The notes below the pieces were generated by a model. That model ran no database searches. It was not told where the DNA came from and saw only the letters and a program-made list of their open reading frames with translations. The translations under genes and the position numbers were made by a program. This document shows, one piece after another, positions 19,426 through 28,937 of a DNA stretch of 44,532 nt. Each line of letters starts with the position of its first letter. Position 1 is the first letter of the stretch. This DNA is from Escherichia phage vB_EcoP-CC1. The stretch is taken from sequence record OX457022, one strand, 5' to 3'.

Positions 19426-22400
19426 TGAGTTATACATATACAGACCATGTAGCTAATGGCTCACAGGTTACATTCCCTTTTCGTTTTGCAGGCAGAGATA
19501 AGGCATACATTAGTGCGACAGATGTCCAAGTGGGTTTTGTAGAAGCAGGCACTTGGCTGCCAGCAACAGGTTGGACGCTAAGTGGCACCAATCAGATCAC
19601 TTTCTTAACCCCACCGACAGAAGGTAAACAAATACGAATCAGACGTATTGTAGATAAAATAAACCCATATGCTTACTTCGAGCGGGGTAATGTTTTAGAT
19701 ATTAACTCTTTAAATAACTCATTCATTAAGAACCTGCAAGTCAGTCAAGAAATCCTTGATGGCTTCTTCCCAGAAGGTTTCTACTTCAAGACAGACTTAG
19801 ACATGGGTGGTCATAAGATCATAAACCTACATGAAGGTTCGGAGTCAGGTGATGCTGTAAATTATGATCAGTTTAAAGAGTTATCAGACCGCGTTAATGA
19901 GATTGAGTCAGATTTAACAGGTTTATCTCACAGAACAGTACCTATGTATTATATTGCAACTGGCGGAGAGTCACGTTGGGAGATCGGTCACTGGACTTTC
20001 GACGCTGCAATATTATTTATTAATGGTATATTCCAGAACCAAAACCTAGGAGCTTTTACCATCAGCAACAACGGTTTTAACTTTGCAGAACCATTGCAGA
20101 AGGGGGATGAAGTATATGCCCTTGTAGGAAGCCGCATTGCAGCACCCGATGAGTATGTAACAATCTCTGACTTGAAAGACCCAGATAAAGCATGGAGGCT
20201 AATTGGACGTAAGTACCCATTTGCGACAGATGGAACTTTTATGTCAAAAGTGGTACATGATGTAGACTACTCCAATATCTTCATTGGAGCATCAGGACTT
20301 AGTCAAGGCTTCTGTATTGTAGACACTCCGCAAGGTGCTCGCATGTTCTTCCATCAACCTATCCCAAGCACTAATAAGGTTCGTTTCGTTGAAACAACCT
20401 TTAACCCTGAAGGGGATAATGAAAATCCTTCTGTTATTTCATTCAGCCAGGAACTGGATGATATTGGACACCAGACTGTGTGTGGTGTATATGAGGCGGG
20501 GGGTGTGCGTTTGTACACCTTGAGTGCAGATGAAAAATCTTATTATATCATAGATTGGTTAGGTAATAATACGTCTAATGCACATATGCGTAAGGTGCAG
20601 ATCCCTACGGAGGGTATCTACTCTAAGGACTTATTTGTCTCAGTGGGCATGTCAGAAGATACTAAAACGCTGGTATTCCATGCAACCACCAATACTCAGG
20701 CTTTTGGTAACAAGGATGATGCGAGAGCTATTTACCTCTTCGATAGAAAAACATTGGATTCAACCTCAACTAGAGGTCTTAAGCGTAGATTCGAAGTAGG
20801 AGCACCTGCTGCACCAGATATGGTCTTCCAAGGGGTTGCTTGTGATGACCGCTTCTTGTATATATATCAGGGATATAATGGTGTCCTGCTGTCTCACAAG
20901 ATCTCCGTCTTCACCCTCTCAGGGGAGCATGTACGGGATATTCCCGTTGATAGTGTGCGTGTAAAATATGGAGAAAGGATGTATGGTGACGAAACTTTAG
21001 GGTATCCTGTATTGCAGGAACCGGAAGGTTTGGCAATGTATAAAGGCAAACTTTATATGTTGTGTATGGATTTCTGGTACAAGAATGCAAGTGTAGTTAC
21101 TTTCGCTGGCAGGACTTTTGCTACAAGGAAATCTTCAGCGTTTTCTGGGTACAGTCCATTACAAGCATCATATTGGACACCTACGAACCTAATACCACCT
21201 ACGGGTGCACCAGAGTATAACAAGACTGCTACTTATTCCTGCTCTAATGCTACTAAGCTCAGTAAAGCTATTGTTAGCTTAGAAATAGATGATGGCACAG
21301 GCTTCCCTGCAAGTGTTGGGTGTTCTTTGCCAGAGAGTAGCGCCAGTGTATACCTAAACAACCGAGCGATGAATATGGCTATTGGCCCGAATGAAAACTT
21401 CCAGTTTGGGGTATTTCACCAGAACCTACAGTCATACAAAAACCTGTTACAGCTCAATAGAGAGAACCCAAATACGGATGGATCAGCGGCTGTGTGGAGG
21501 TTGTTCGGAGGTGCGTTCACAGATGACATTCAGAATGAAAGATTTGTTCAGATTAAGCATAGACTTAATCCCACACAAGATGCCATGGAGCTTCGTGCGG
21601 ATGTTGACCTTACGAGCGGTGGTGGGATTAACTTGTATTCTATGAACGACTCTGCCTCTCCTGGTCGAGTAAGGCTATATTGTACTGACGGGTATTCTTA
21701 TTGGTCAGCTCTACTGAGTCCTGTATCCCCATCTTTTCACCCTGATCAAGATAAGACTCTAAACTTAGGTACAGCAAACAACCGTTGGAACCTAGTCCAT
21801 TGTCAAGGTATCCGTATCATCTCTAACGACGAGTTACAGAAGCAAGTCTTTCTTGAAACTACCCGTAAAAAAGGTGCACTACAGATCTCCACTTCCGGCA
21901 ATCTAGGGGTGTGGGATAGTAGCGCAGGTACTTATGTTGTGGCAACCAGACCTGATGGTACAGGCTTTTCACAGGTAGAGATGAGCTTCAAAGGTGATGT
22001 TTTTCCTGAAATAAATAATACTTACAATTTAGGTCGTGAGAATAAGGCATGGGCTAATGCCTACTTTCAAAACGCACCGACTGTTGTCTGTGATGCCAGA
22101 CTTAAAACAGATGCTAGGGAGTTAACAGACGCAGAGAAATCCGCATTCTTAGAGATCTCTAAACTTCCGGCAGTTTGGCAATGGCTTGCTAAACTGGAAG
22201 TAGAAGGAGAGGATGCCCGCTTACACTCTGGATGTACTGTCCAAGCTGCTATCTCGGTTATGGAGAAACATGGCCTAGATTGGACTAAGTATAGTGCTTT
22301 CTGTTATGACAAATGGGATGCCAAGGAGGCTGTCTATGATATAGTGGATGGTAAGGCTATCCTTGTTGAAGAGGCAGTTGAGGCTGGCGACCGTTATCGT

Positions 22401-22508
22401 CTTCGTAGAGAAGAGCTGATGTGGTGGTGCATGAAGGCACAGAATGCTTGGATTGAATCTATTGAGGGGAGGCTGGCGAAATTAGAAGATAAACTCAAGG
22501 AGGTGTAA
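19422..22508 (+). CDS. tail fibre/tailspike with T7 gp17-like N-terminal attachment domain
   Basis: 1028 aa; position of T7 gene 17 and N-terminal region loosely resembles recalled gp17 attachment domain (no motif checked); C-terminal CDARLKTDARELTDAEKSAF resembles S74 intramolecular-chaperone motif; probable depolymerase body. Confidence 0.8.
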   Translation: MMSYTYTDHVANGSQVTFPFRFAGRDKAYISATDVQVGFVEAGTWLPATGWTLSGTNQITFLTPPTEGKQIRIRRIVDKINPYAYFERGNVLDINSLNNSFIKNLQVSQEILDGFFPEGFYFKTDLDMGGHKIINLHEGSESGDAVNYDQFKELSDRVNEIESDLTGLSHRTVPMYYIATGGESRWEIGHWTFDAAILFINGIFQNQNLGAFTISNNGFNFAEPLQKGDEVYALVGSRIAAPDEYVTISDLKDPDKAWRLIGRKYPFATDGTFMSKVVHDVDYSNIFIGASGLSQGFCIVDTPQGARMFFHQPIPSTNKVRFVETTFNPEGDNENPSVISFSQELDDIGHQTVCGVYEAGGVRLYTLSADEKSYYIIDWLGNNTSNAHMRKVQIPTEGIYSKDLFVSVGMSEDTKTLVFHATTNTQAFGNKDDARAIYLFDRKTLDSTSTRGLKRRFEVGAPAAPDMVFQGVACDDRFLYIYQGYNGVLLSHKISVFTLSGEHVRDIPVDSVRVKYGERMYGDETLGYPVLQEPEGLAMYKGKLYMLCMDFWYKNASVVTFAGRTFATRKSSAFSGYSPLQASYWTPTNLIPPTGAPEYNKTATYSCSNATKLSKAIVSLEIDDGTGFPASVGCSLPESSASVYLNNRAMNMAIGPNENFQFGVFHQNLQSYKNLLQLNRENPNTDGSAAVWRLFGGAFTDDIQNERFVQIKHRLNPTQDAMELRADVDLTSGGGINLYSMNDSASPGRVRLYCTDGYSYWSALLSPVSPSFHPDQDKTLNLGTANNRWNLVHCQGIRIISNDELQKQVFLETTRKKGALQISTSGNLGVWDSSAGTYVVATRPDGTGFSQVEMSFKGDVFPEINNTYNLGRENKAWANAYFQNAPTVVCDARLKTDARELTDAEKSAFLEISKLPAVWQWLAKLEVEGEDARLHSGCTVQAAISVMEKHGLDWTKYSAFCYDKWDAKEAVYDIVDGKAILVEEAVEAGDRYRLRREELMWWCMKAQNAWIESIEGRLAKLEDKLKEV

Positions 22509-22702
22509 TGATAAACTCCGAACTGGTAGATAATGGTGTGAAGCTGGCGCCACCTGCATTAGTCTCAGGTGGGTACTTCCTCGGTATCAGTTGGGACAAT
22601 TTGGTACTGATAGCAACATTCATTTATACAGTGTTGCAGATTGGCGATTGGTTCTATACTAAATATACAATATGGAGGAATAAGCATGAGCGTGCACAAT
22701 AA
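22508..22702 (+). CDS. class II holin (T7 gp17.5-like)
   Basis: 64 aa; segment FIYTVLQIGDWFY resembles T7 holin YTVVQIGAKV; hydrophobic core plus basic C-terminus; RBS AAGGAGG. Confidence 0.7.
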   Translation: MINSELVDNGVKLAPPALVSGGYFLGISWDNLVLIATFIYTVLQIGDWFYTKYTIWRNKHERAQ

Positions 22703-22985
22703 ACATGCAGCCACAGAGGATGAAGTAGGCATCCTTCATGGCGCTATTACGAAGATGTTTAATAAGAAAGCACAGGCTATACTGGACACTATAGAAGAAG
22801 ACCCTGATTCTGCTATGCACTTAGTGTCAGGTAAGGATATTGGAGCCATGTGTAAGTGGGTTTTAGATAATGGCATTACTGCAACCCCTGCTGCACAGCA
22901 GGAAGAATCTAAGTTGTCTAAGCGTCTCAAGGCTATCCGAGAGGCGTCCAGTGGTAAGATCATTCAGTTTACTAAGGAGGATTAA
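22686..22985 (+). CDS. terminase small subunit (gp18-like)
   Basis: 99 aa from ATG 22686 (GGAGGA upstream); immediately precedes terminase large subunit. Confidence 0.55.
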   Translation: MSVHNKHAATEDEVGILHGAITKMFNKKAQAILDTIEEDPDSAMHLVSGKDIGAMCKWVLDNGITATPAAQQEESKLSKRLKAIREASSGKIIQFTKED

Positions 22986-24880
22986 TGGCTAAGGCAAGAG
23001 AATCACAAGCGGAGGCTCTTGCCAGATGGGAGATGCTACACGAGTTACAGCAGACCTTCCCTTATACGGCAGAAGGTTTGCTTCTCTTTGCTGATACAGT
23101 TATTCATAATTTAATTGCAGGTAGTCCTCATCTGATTCGTATGCAGGCAGACATCTTGAAGTTCCTATTCTATGGGCACAAGTATCGCCTCATCGAAGCG
23201 CCCCGTGGTATCGCTAAAACTACGCTGGCAGCAATCTATACGGTGTTCCGTATCATTCATGAGCCTCATAAGCGTATCATGGTTGTATCCCAAAACGCCA
23301 AGCGAGCAGAGGAAATTGCAGGTTGGGTGGTCAAAATCTTCCGAGGATTGGACTTCCTTGAGTTTATGCTACCGGATATATATGCTGGCGACCGTGCATC
23401 CGTCAAGGCATTTGAGATTCACTACACGTTACGCGGCAGCGATAAGTCGCCTTCTGTATCCTGTTACTCTATCGAAGCAGGAATGCAGGGTGCTCGTGCT
23501 GACATCATTCTAGCAGATGACGTTGAATCTATGCAGAATGCGCGTACAGCAGCAGGTCGTGCATTACTTGAGGAACTGACAAAGGAGTTTGAATCTATCA
23601 ACCAGTTTGGTGATATCATCTACCTTGGTACACCTCAGAACGTCAACTCAATCTATAATAACCTTCCGGCTCGTGGTTATTCCGTGCGCATCTGGACTGC
23701 TCGCTATCCTTCGGTAGAACAGGAGCAATGCTATGGTGATTTCCTTGCACCTATGATTGTGCAAGATATGAAGGATAACCCAGCATTGCGAACAGGCTAT
23801 GGTCTGGATGGCAACAGCGGCGCTCCTTGTGCGCCTGAAATGTACGATGATGATGTCCTGATTGAGAAGGAAATCTCACAGGGTGCTGCTAAATTCCAGC
23901 TTCAGTTCATGCTTAACACTCGCATGATGGATGCTGACAGATACCCATTGCGCCTAAACAATCTAATCTTCACCTCATTTGGTACAGAGGAAGTCCCTGT
24001 GATGCCTACGTGGAGTAATGATTCCATTAACATCATTGGGGATGCACCTAAGTATGGCAACAAGCCTACAGATTTCATGTATCGACCTGTGGCACGTCCA
24101 TACGAATGGGGTGCTGTTACACGCAAGATTATGTATATTGACCCCGCTGGTGGCGGTAAGAACGGAGATGAGACTGGTGTAGCCATCGTATTCCTGCACG
24201 GCACATTCATTTATGTGTATCAGTGCTTTGGTGTACCGGGCGGATACCGAGAATCTTCCCTGAATCGCATTGTGCAGGCCGCAAAGCAGGCAGGGGTTAA
24301 AGAGGTATTCATAGAGAAAAACTTTGGTCATGGCGCGTTTGAGGCGGTAATTAAGCCATACTTTGAACGAGAGTGGCCTGTGACACTTGAAGAGGATTAC
24401 GCAACTGGTCAGAAAGAACTCCGCATCATTGAGACGCTAGAGCCATTGATGACCGCGCATAGGCTCATCTTCAATGCGGAAATGGTTAAGTCAGATTTCG
24501 CTTCAGTACAGAACTACCCGCTTGAACTGCGGATGTCTTATAGTCTGTTCCATCAAATGTCGAACATCACTATTGAGAAGAACAGCCTTAGGCATGATGA
24601 CCGCTTAGACGCTCTGTATGGCGCTGTGCGTCAATTAACTTCCCAGATAGACTATGACGAGGTTACTCGAATTAATCGCCTCAGAGCGCAGGAGATGCGC
24701 GATTATATACAGGCGATGAATACACCTAAACTTCGTCGGGCTATGCTGTACGGCGATTATGGTGATGAGCGAAGAACAACCAACACCTCCTTAGCGATGC
24801 AGCAGCGGGTTTACGGTCAGAATTGGAGGAGCCGCTCTGGGTCTAGAAATACACTTTCCTCAAGGATTTCAAGGATTTAG
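22985..24880 (+). CDS. terminase large subunit
   Basis: 631 aa, position and size of T7 gp19; no nucleotide-binding motif could be confirmed by eye. Confidence 0.85.
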   Translation: MAKARESQAEALARWEMLHELQQTFPYTAEGLLLFADTVIHNLIAGSPHLIRMQADILKFLFYGHKYRLIEAPRGIAKTTLAAIYTVFRIIHEPHKRIMVVSQNAKRAEEIAGWVVKIFRGLDFLEFMLPDIYAGDRASVKAFEIHYTLRGSDKSPSVSCYSIEAGMQGARADIILADDVESMQNARTAAGRALLEELTKEFESINQFGDIIYLGTPQNVNSIYNNLPARGYSVRIWTARYPSVEQEQCYGDFLAPMIVQDMKDNPALRTGYGLDGNSGAPCAPEMYDDDVLIEKEISQGAAKFQLQFMLNTRMMDADRYPLRLNNLIFTSFGTEEVPVMPTWSNDSINIIGDAPKYGNKPTDFMYRPVARPYEWGAVTRKIMYIDPAGGGKNGDETGVAIVFLHGTFIYVYQCFGVPGGYRESSLNRIVQAAKQAGVKEVFIEKNFGHGAFEAVIKPYFEREWPVTLEEDYATGQKELRIIETLEPLMTAHRLIFNAEMVKSDFASVQNYPLELRMSYSLFHQMSNITIEKNSLRHDDRLDALYGAVRQLTSQIDYDEVTRINRLRAQEMRDYIQAMNTPKLRRAMLYGDYGDERRTTNTSLAMQQRVYGQNWRSRSGSRNTLSSRISRI

Positions 24881-24881
24881 T

Positions 24882-24903
24882 ATTTACTGGACACTATAGG
24901 AGG
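24882..24903 (+). promoter_or_regulatory. phage RNAP promoter class I (ATTTACTGGACACTATAGGAGG), +1 G at 24899
   Basis: Family consensus immediately after terminase stop. Confidence 0.8.
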
Positions 24904-24920
24904 AAGACCAAGAGAGTAAA

Positions 24921-24963
24921 AGGAATATTATAGGATAATATAGGATTACCTAGGTTATATAGG
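24921..24963. repeat. periodic AGG-containing array (TAGG at 24931, 24941, 24951, 24960)
   Basis: AT-rich; 9-10 bp spacing; followed by hairpin GGTGTAC-TCCT-GTACACC (24978-24995). Confidence 0.8.
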
Positions 24964-25037
24964 TGTACCTTAGTATGGGTGTACTCCTGTACACCTATTC
25001 TTACTTGCTATTTACTTATACGTATAAGGAGTATTAG

Positions 25038-25319
25038 ATGGCTAATGATTATAGTAATCAGCCCTTAACTGGTCGCTATGACCGTAAACAGATTACACCA
25101 ACTAGTGAAGCATTAATGCTCCCTGTTGTTACAGAGGAGTCTATTAAGAAGAAAGCCAATGTTATCAATGATGCAACCAAATCTGGTAAACAGAAAGCAG
25201 CAATGGTGTGTCGTCCTGTAGGTGGCACTCTTGAGATTGCCATTGCTACTGGTAGCAAAGAGGATGCAGATTGGTTGTCTGTTAAAATGGATGGCGTTGG
25301 TTTTATTACACCGGCTTAA
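25038..25319 (+). CDS. hypothetical protein, paralog 1 of 3 (SGKQK...IAIATGS motif)
   Basis: 93 aa; strong RBS AAGGAG; shares LSGKQKxAMV...IAIAxGS...DxW block with next two ORFs. Confidence 0.6.
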   Translation: MANDYSNQPLTGRYDRKQITPTSEALMLPVVTEESIKKKANVINDATKSGKQKAAMVCRPVGGTLEIAIATGSKEDADWLSVKMDGVGFITPA

Positions 25320-25336
25320 TAAAAGGAGAAGATAAT

Positions 25337-25624
25337 ATGTCTAAGTATGGCGATGCAGGTACGACTACTGGTCAGGCTTTTCGTGTAAAAGCAGTACAAA
25401 CTATTGCAACTGCAATCCCTATGCCTATCGTGGCAGAAGCTGACCTTAAAAAGAAAGATCATCCAATTAATATTGAACACCTATCTGGTAAGCAGAAAGG
25501 TGCTATGGTGGTTGTAGATAAAGGAGATAATAGCCTTTATATTGCTATTGCACGTGGTTCTGCACCAACTGACCAGTGGGATGTAACTACTATGGAAGCT
25601 GTACCTGTAACACCAGGAGCTTAA
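25337..25624 (+). CDS. hypothetical protein, paralog 2 of 3
   Basis: 95 aa; RBS AAAGGAGA; same conserved block. Confidence 0.6.
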   Translation: MSKYGDAGTTTGQAFRVKAVQTIATAIPMPIVAEADLKKKDHPINIEHLSGKQKGAMVVVDKGDNSLYIAIARGSAPTDQWDVTTMEAVPVTPGA

Positions 25625-25625
25625 T

Positions 25626-26315
25626 ATGCTGGGAGTAACAGGACAACGCAATAAGAATGTAGCCACCAAAGTAGTGGCTGATTTAGCTACTGCTGCTACT
25701 GTCGAGGAATTACGAGACACACATAACTCTATTAACCGTGCTGACCTTTCTGGTAAACAAGAAGGTTCTGTTGTTCTTGTTAAGAAAGAGGATGGCAACT
25801 ATTCTATCTTTGTAGCAACAGGTAGCAAGCCTACTGATGTTTGGAAAGAGTTGTCTCCAACAATACCAGAGCAAGAGATGCCTGCTGAATATATTGATAT
25901 GGTTGATATTCAAATTCATCAAGACTCTGCAAGTAACTTACGTATGGATTCTTCTCGCACGAGCTTAATACAAACACCAATGTGGGATACTGAAGGTGAA
26001 TTGCTATTCCGTAATACCCTGAGCGCAACATGTTCTTGTACCATTCTTGCTGACGGTGCATCTGGTGTTCGTCAGGATTTTAATTTTAAGATTAATGGAA
26101 TCTTAGAGCAAGAAGAGCAGTATTATGACATTGACACTCTTATGTGCTCTATTCATTCTGCAACAACAACTAATGGTCTTACACTGTGTATGCCAGATGT
26201 TAAGAGCGCAAAGACCAATAAGATGGTAGTAAAGGTCGACACTATGCAGTCATTAACAATGAGTTTTGATCTTAACTTCCTTGTTGAATGGACGTCACCT
26301 ACGAGGTTACTATAA
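25626..26315 (+). CDS. hypothetical protein, paralog 3 of 3 with ~150-aa C-terminal extension
   Basis: 229 aa; N-terminal 80 aa carries the shared block (LSGKQEGSVVLV...IFVATGSKPTDVW). Confidence 0.6.
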   Translation: MLGVTGQRNKNVATKVVADLATAATVEELRDTHNSINRADLSGKQEGSVVLVKKEDGNYSIFVATGSKPTDVWKELSPTIPEQEMPAEYIDMVDIQIHQDSASNLRMDSSRTSLIQTPMWDTEGELLFRNTLSATCSCTILADGASGVRQDFNFKINGILEQEEQYYDIDTLMCSIHSATTTNGLTLCMPDVKSAKTNKMVVKVDTMQSLTMSFDLNFLVEWTSPTRLL

Positions 26316-26659
26316 TGCTAAACGAATACTTCAAGCGTAAAGAATTTGCTTGCCGTTGTGGGTGCGGTACATCCACTGTTGATGCTGAGTTACTACAGGT
26401 AGTAACAGATGTGCGTGAGCACTTTGGTGCTCCTGTGGTTATTACTTCTGGTCATCGTTGCGCCAAGCACAATGCTAATGTAGGTAGAGCTAAGAACTCC
26501 ATGCATCTTACTGGTAAGGCTGCTGACATTAAGGTCACTGGTGTTAGCCCAATGGAGGTACGTGCGTACCTATGCAATAAGTACACTGATAAGTATGGCA
26601 TTGGTGCTTATCCTACTTTTACACATATCGACGTTAGAGGTAACAAAGCACGATGGTAG
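26315..26659 (+). CDS. endolysin, peptidase M15-like (zinc D-Ala-D-Ala carboxypeptidase family)
   Basis: 114 aa from ATG 26315 (TAATG overlap with upstream stop); motif SGHRCAKHNANVGRAKNSMHLTGKAADI resembles M15 His/Asp zinc-binding signature. Confidence 0.6.
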   Translation: MLNEYFKRKEFACRCGCGTSTVDAELLQVVTDVREHFGAPVVITSGHRCAKHNANVGRAKNSMHLTGKAADIKVTGVSPMEVRAYLCNKYTDKYGIGAYPTFTHIDVRGNKARW

Positions 26660-26767
26660 GTTGTGTTGCATGGTGTGAACGCATGGTTGCTAAGGCTTCA
26701 GAGGAAGGCAACTATGCAGATTGGCAGAACTATTCGACTTTATTAGCTCAATGGAAAGGGAGGTGCA

Positions 26768-26917
26768 ATGAAAAAGCTGTTTAAGTCTAAGAAGGTTGTA
26801 GGTGCACTAGTTGCACTAGCAATTGCCCTTGTTTCTGTAGGACTTGGTGTAGACCTTGGTTCTGGCACTGAGGGGTCTGTGACAGATGTAGTTTGCCAAG
26901 TAATTACTTGTGAATAA
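26768..26917 (+). CDS. small membrane protein (49 aa)
   Basis: Below ORF-track cutoff; GGGAGG RBS; basic N-terminus then hydrophobic span VVGALVALAIALVSVGLGV. Confidence 0.4.
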   Translation: MKKLFKSKKVVGALVALAIALVSVGLGVDLGSGTEGSVTDVVCQVITCE

Positions 26918-27131
26918 ATTTCTTGAAGCACTTGCAGGTCTTATTGGCCTGCTTGTTGCAGCTAAGAAGAAACAGGAAGAGAAGGAGGCACAAAGTGAAG
27001 CGAATCATGTTGGTGATGACCCTGCTGATTGGTTCGCTAATCACTTCCGGGTGTCAGCAGGCGTTACCAGAGAAGAAGGGTGTGAAGCCGCTGAAGCCGA
27101 CGCTGACGGCAGTTTACGAAGTGGACGATAA
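26910..27131 (+). CDS. putative i-spanin-like protein (Rz-like), short
   Basis: 73 aa; N-terminal hydrophobic segment FLEALAGLIGLLVAA then charged region; shorter than typical Rz. Confidence 0.35.
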   Translation: MNKFLEALAGLIGLLVAAKKKQEEKEAQSEANHVGDDPADWFANHFRVSAGVTREEGCEAAEADADGSLRSGR

Positions 27132-27204
27132 GGTCTGCTTCAGTAAGACTGACGCTACACAATTAGGTTTGTATATTCTTTCGCTAGAACGCGGGTATAA
27201 TTAA
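26923..27204 (+). CDS. putative o-spanin lipoprotein (Rz1-like)
   Basis: Arg-rich N-terminus, hydrophobic segment and lipobox-like LITSGC (functional start may be M at 27004), comparable to T7 gp18.7 ATISGC; overlaps previous ORF in another frame. Confidence 0.5.
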   Translation: MKHLQVLLACLLQLRRNRKRRRHKVKRIMLVMTLLIGSLITSGCQQALPEKKGVKPLKPTLTAVYEVDDKVCFSKTDATQLGLYILSLERGYN

Positions 27205-27233
27205 TACATATCTTTATGTATCAATGTCCTACG

Positions 27234-27255
27234 ATTTACTGGACACTATAGAAGG
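27234..27255 (+). promoter_or_regulatory. phage RNAP promoter class I (ATTTACTGGACACTATAGAAGG), +1 G at 27251
   Basis: Family consensus 83 nt upstream of second tailspike ATG. Confidence 0.8.
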
Positions 27256-27333
27256 AGAGATAGTGCCGTTCATTTGAGCGGCCTATTACTAGCCAATCTT
27301 CATGGTGAGGGTTGGGAAGTAATAGGAGATAAC

Positions 27334-28857
27334 ATGGCTAAACTAACGAGAGTCACTGACTGGCTTGTTAAGGTAAAGTCCAGACTCACTGGTGCAGTAG
27401 AGCGACTGCTTGAAGATAAGTTAAATGACACGGTTAGTGTTAAGGACTTCGGTGCTAAGGGTGACGGTGTGACAGACGACACACAAGCATTTGCTGCCGC
27501 CTCAGCCGCATCGCCTCAAGGTGTTTATGTGCCTGACGGAACATATTTATTACCAGAAGATATTAATGGCAGGTTCTATGGTTCTGGTAAACGCATCAAG
27601 GCTGTAGGTGATGGTGGTATTCCTTTTACCAATGTAGCTCAGTCACATAGTAACCTAATATTAGGATATGATGCTGCAAAGGATTACACGGACGAAGGGA
27701 AAGGCAACCAATTAGTATTACTTGGCCCAAGCTCCGGTCGTAACCTTACCACTGGTACTAACTCCATTGTGGTAGGTGTTGGTGGCCTATCGGGTGATAC
27801 ATTAGAAGATGCACTAACAGATAAATCACCTTTCACTGGTACAGAGATTATTAGCATTGGTATCAATGCTCTTAAGAAAACTACCACTGGTAACAACATG
27901 ATTGGTATTGGTCGTGATGCCCTGAACGAGTGTAAGGATGGAAGATTCAACGTAGCTATAGGTATGTCTGCTTTGCAGCAGCTACACTCTGGTGAGGCTA
28001 ACGTAGCAATAGGGCGTTCAGCCGGTATGCGTACTGGCATCTTCACTAACGAAGATGGTGTACGATTAGGCTATACAAAATGTAGCGGTAATACCTTAAT
28101 AGGTAACGCGGCTGGTCGTGAATTGAAGTCAGGTAATCATAACACCGCCGTAGGCAATGGTGCTATGCGAGGTGTCAGTTCTGATATTAATCCATATACT
28201 GGCACTCTAGAGGGTAATTTTAATACAGCTATTGGTGTTGATACCTTAAACTCCTTAGCATCTGGTGAGTTGAACACCATGATTGGCGCAAGGGCTGGGC
28301 GTAAATTACCTAGTGGCTCTGGTAACATCTTCATCGGTGCGGATGCAGGTGCAGGTATTAACATTGAAAAGTCTAACACTCTCATTATTAACAACCACAC
28401 TGGCTTACCTTTCGTAGAAGGTATTATGGATGGTGCTCAGAGTGAGAATAACTACTTACGTGTTGATGGAAGTGTAGCACCTCAGATTGATAACACAAGA
28501 ACTTGTGGTCAGTCTAGCCGTAGATGGCAGACTGTCTTTTCTACCAATGGTGTTATCCAGACATCGGATGGACGATGCAAGGATGTCTACGATATTGCCA
28601 AGACGGAGTACATGGCTGGTCTAGAGTTATCTTCTAGTATGATTAAGTTCAAATGGACAGATACTAAAGAAGATAAGTATCACTTCGGTTGTCTGGCACA
28701 AGAGGTCATGCTGATTATGGAGAAACATGGGTTAAACCCTCTGGATTATTCCCTCGTTACCTATGATGCTGAAGCAGATATGTATGGTGTTAACTATGCA
28801 GAATTGTCTTGCTTCTGTATCGCAGCAATGTCCAATCATGTACTAGGCAGTGCGTAA
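27334..28857 (+). CDS. tailspike with pectate-lyase-like beta-helix and C-terminal S74-like chaperone domain
   Basis: 507 aa from ATG 27334 (AGGAGA RBS); motif VKDFGAKGDGVTDDTQAF typical of pectate-lyase-fold depolymerases; C-terminal SDGRCKDVYDI chaperone-like motif. Confidence 0.8.
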   Translation: MAKLTRVTDWLVKVKSRLTGAVERLLEDKLNDTVSVKDFGAKGDGVTDDTQAFAAASAASPQGVYVPDGTYLLPEDINGRFYGSGKRIKAVGDGGIPFTNVAQSHSNLILGYDAAKDYTDEGKGNQLVLLGPSSGRNLTTGTNSIVVGVGGLSGDTLEDALTDKSPFTGTEIISIGINALKKTTTGNNMIGIGRDALNECKDGRFNVAIGMSALQQLHSGEANVAIGRSAGMRTGIFTNEDGVRLGYTKCSGNTLIGNAAGRELKSGNHNTAVGNGAMRGVSSDINPYTGTLEGNFNTAIGVDTLNSLASGELNTMIGARAGRKLPSGSGNIFIGADAGAGINIEKSNTLIINNHTGLPFVEGIMDGAQSENNYLRVDGSVAPQIDNTRTCGQSSRRWQTVFSTNGVIQTSDGRCKDVYDIAKTEYMAGLELSSSMIKFKWTDTKEDKYHFGCLAQEVMLIMEKHGLNPLDYSLVTYDAEADMYGVNYAELSCFCIAAMSNHVLGSA

Positions 28858-28870
28858 GCACTGCTTTTCT
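28847..28870 (+). terminator. hairpin terminator overlapping tailspike stop (GCAGTGC-GUAA-GCACTGC then TTTTCT)
   Basis: 7-bp perfect stem, GNRA-type loop containing the stop codon, U-rich tail. Confidence 0.55.
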
Positions 28871-28937
28871 CGCAACTTCCCTTGAAGCAATCTAGCGATA
28901 CCTTCAAGGGAATAGCTCAAGAAAGCAAGGAGGTTTG

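Noticed and set aside
26768-27131. Interpreting the 49-aa membrane ORF and 73-aa Rz-like ORF as one frameshifted i-spanin
   Set aside because: Each has its own start codon and hydrophobic N-terminus and they overlap by only 8 nt; cannot be decided without reads, so reported separately at low confidence.
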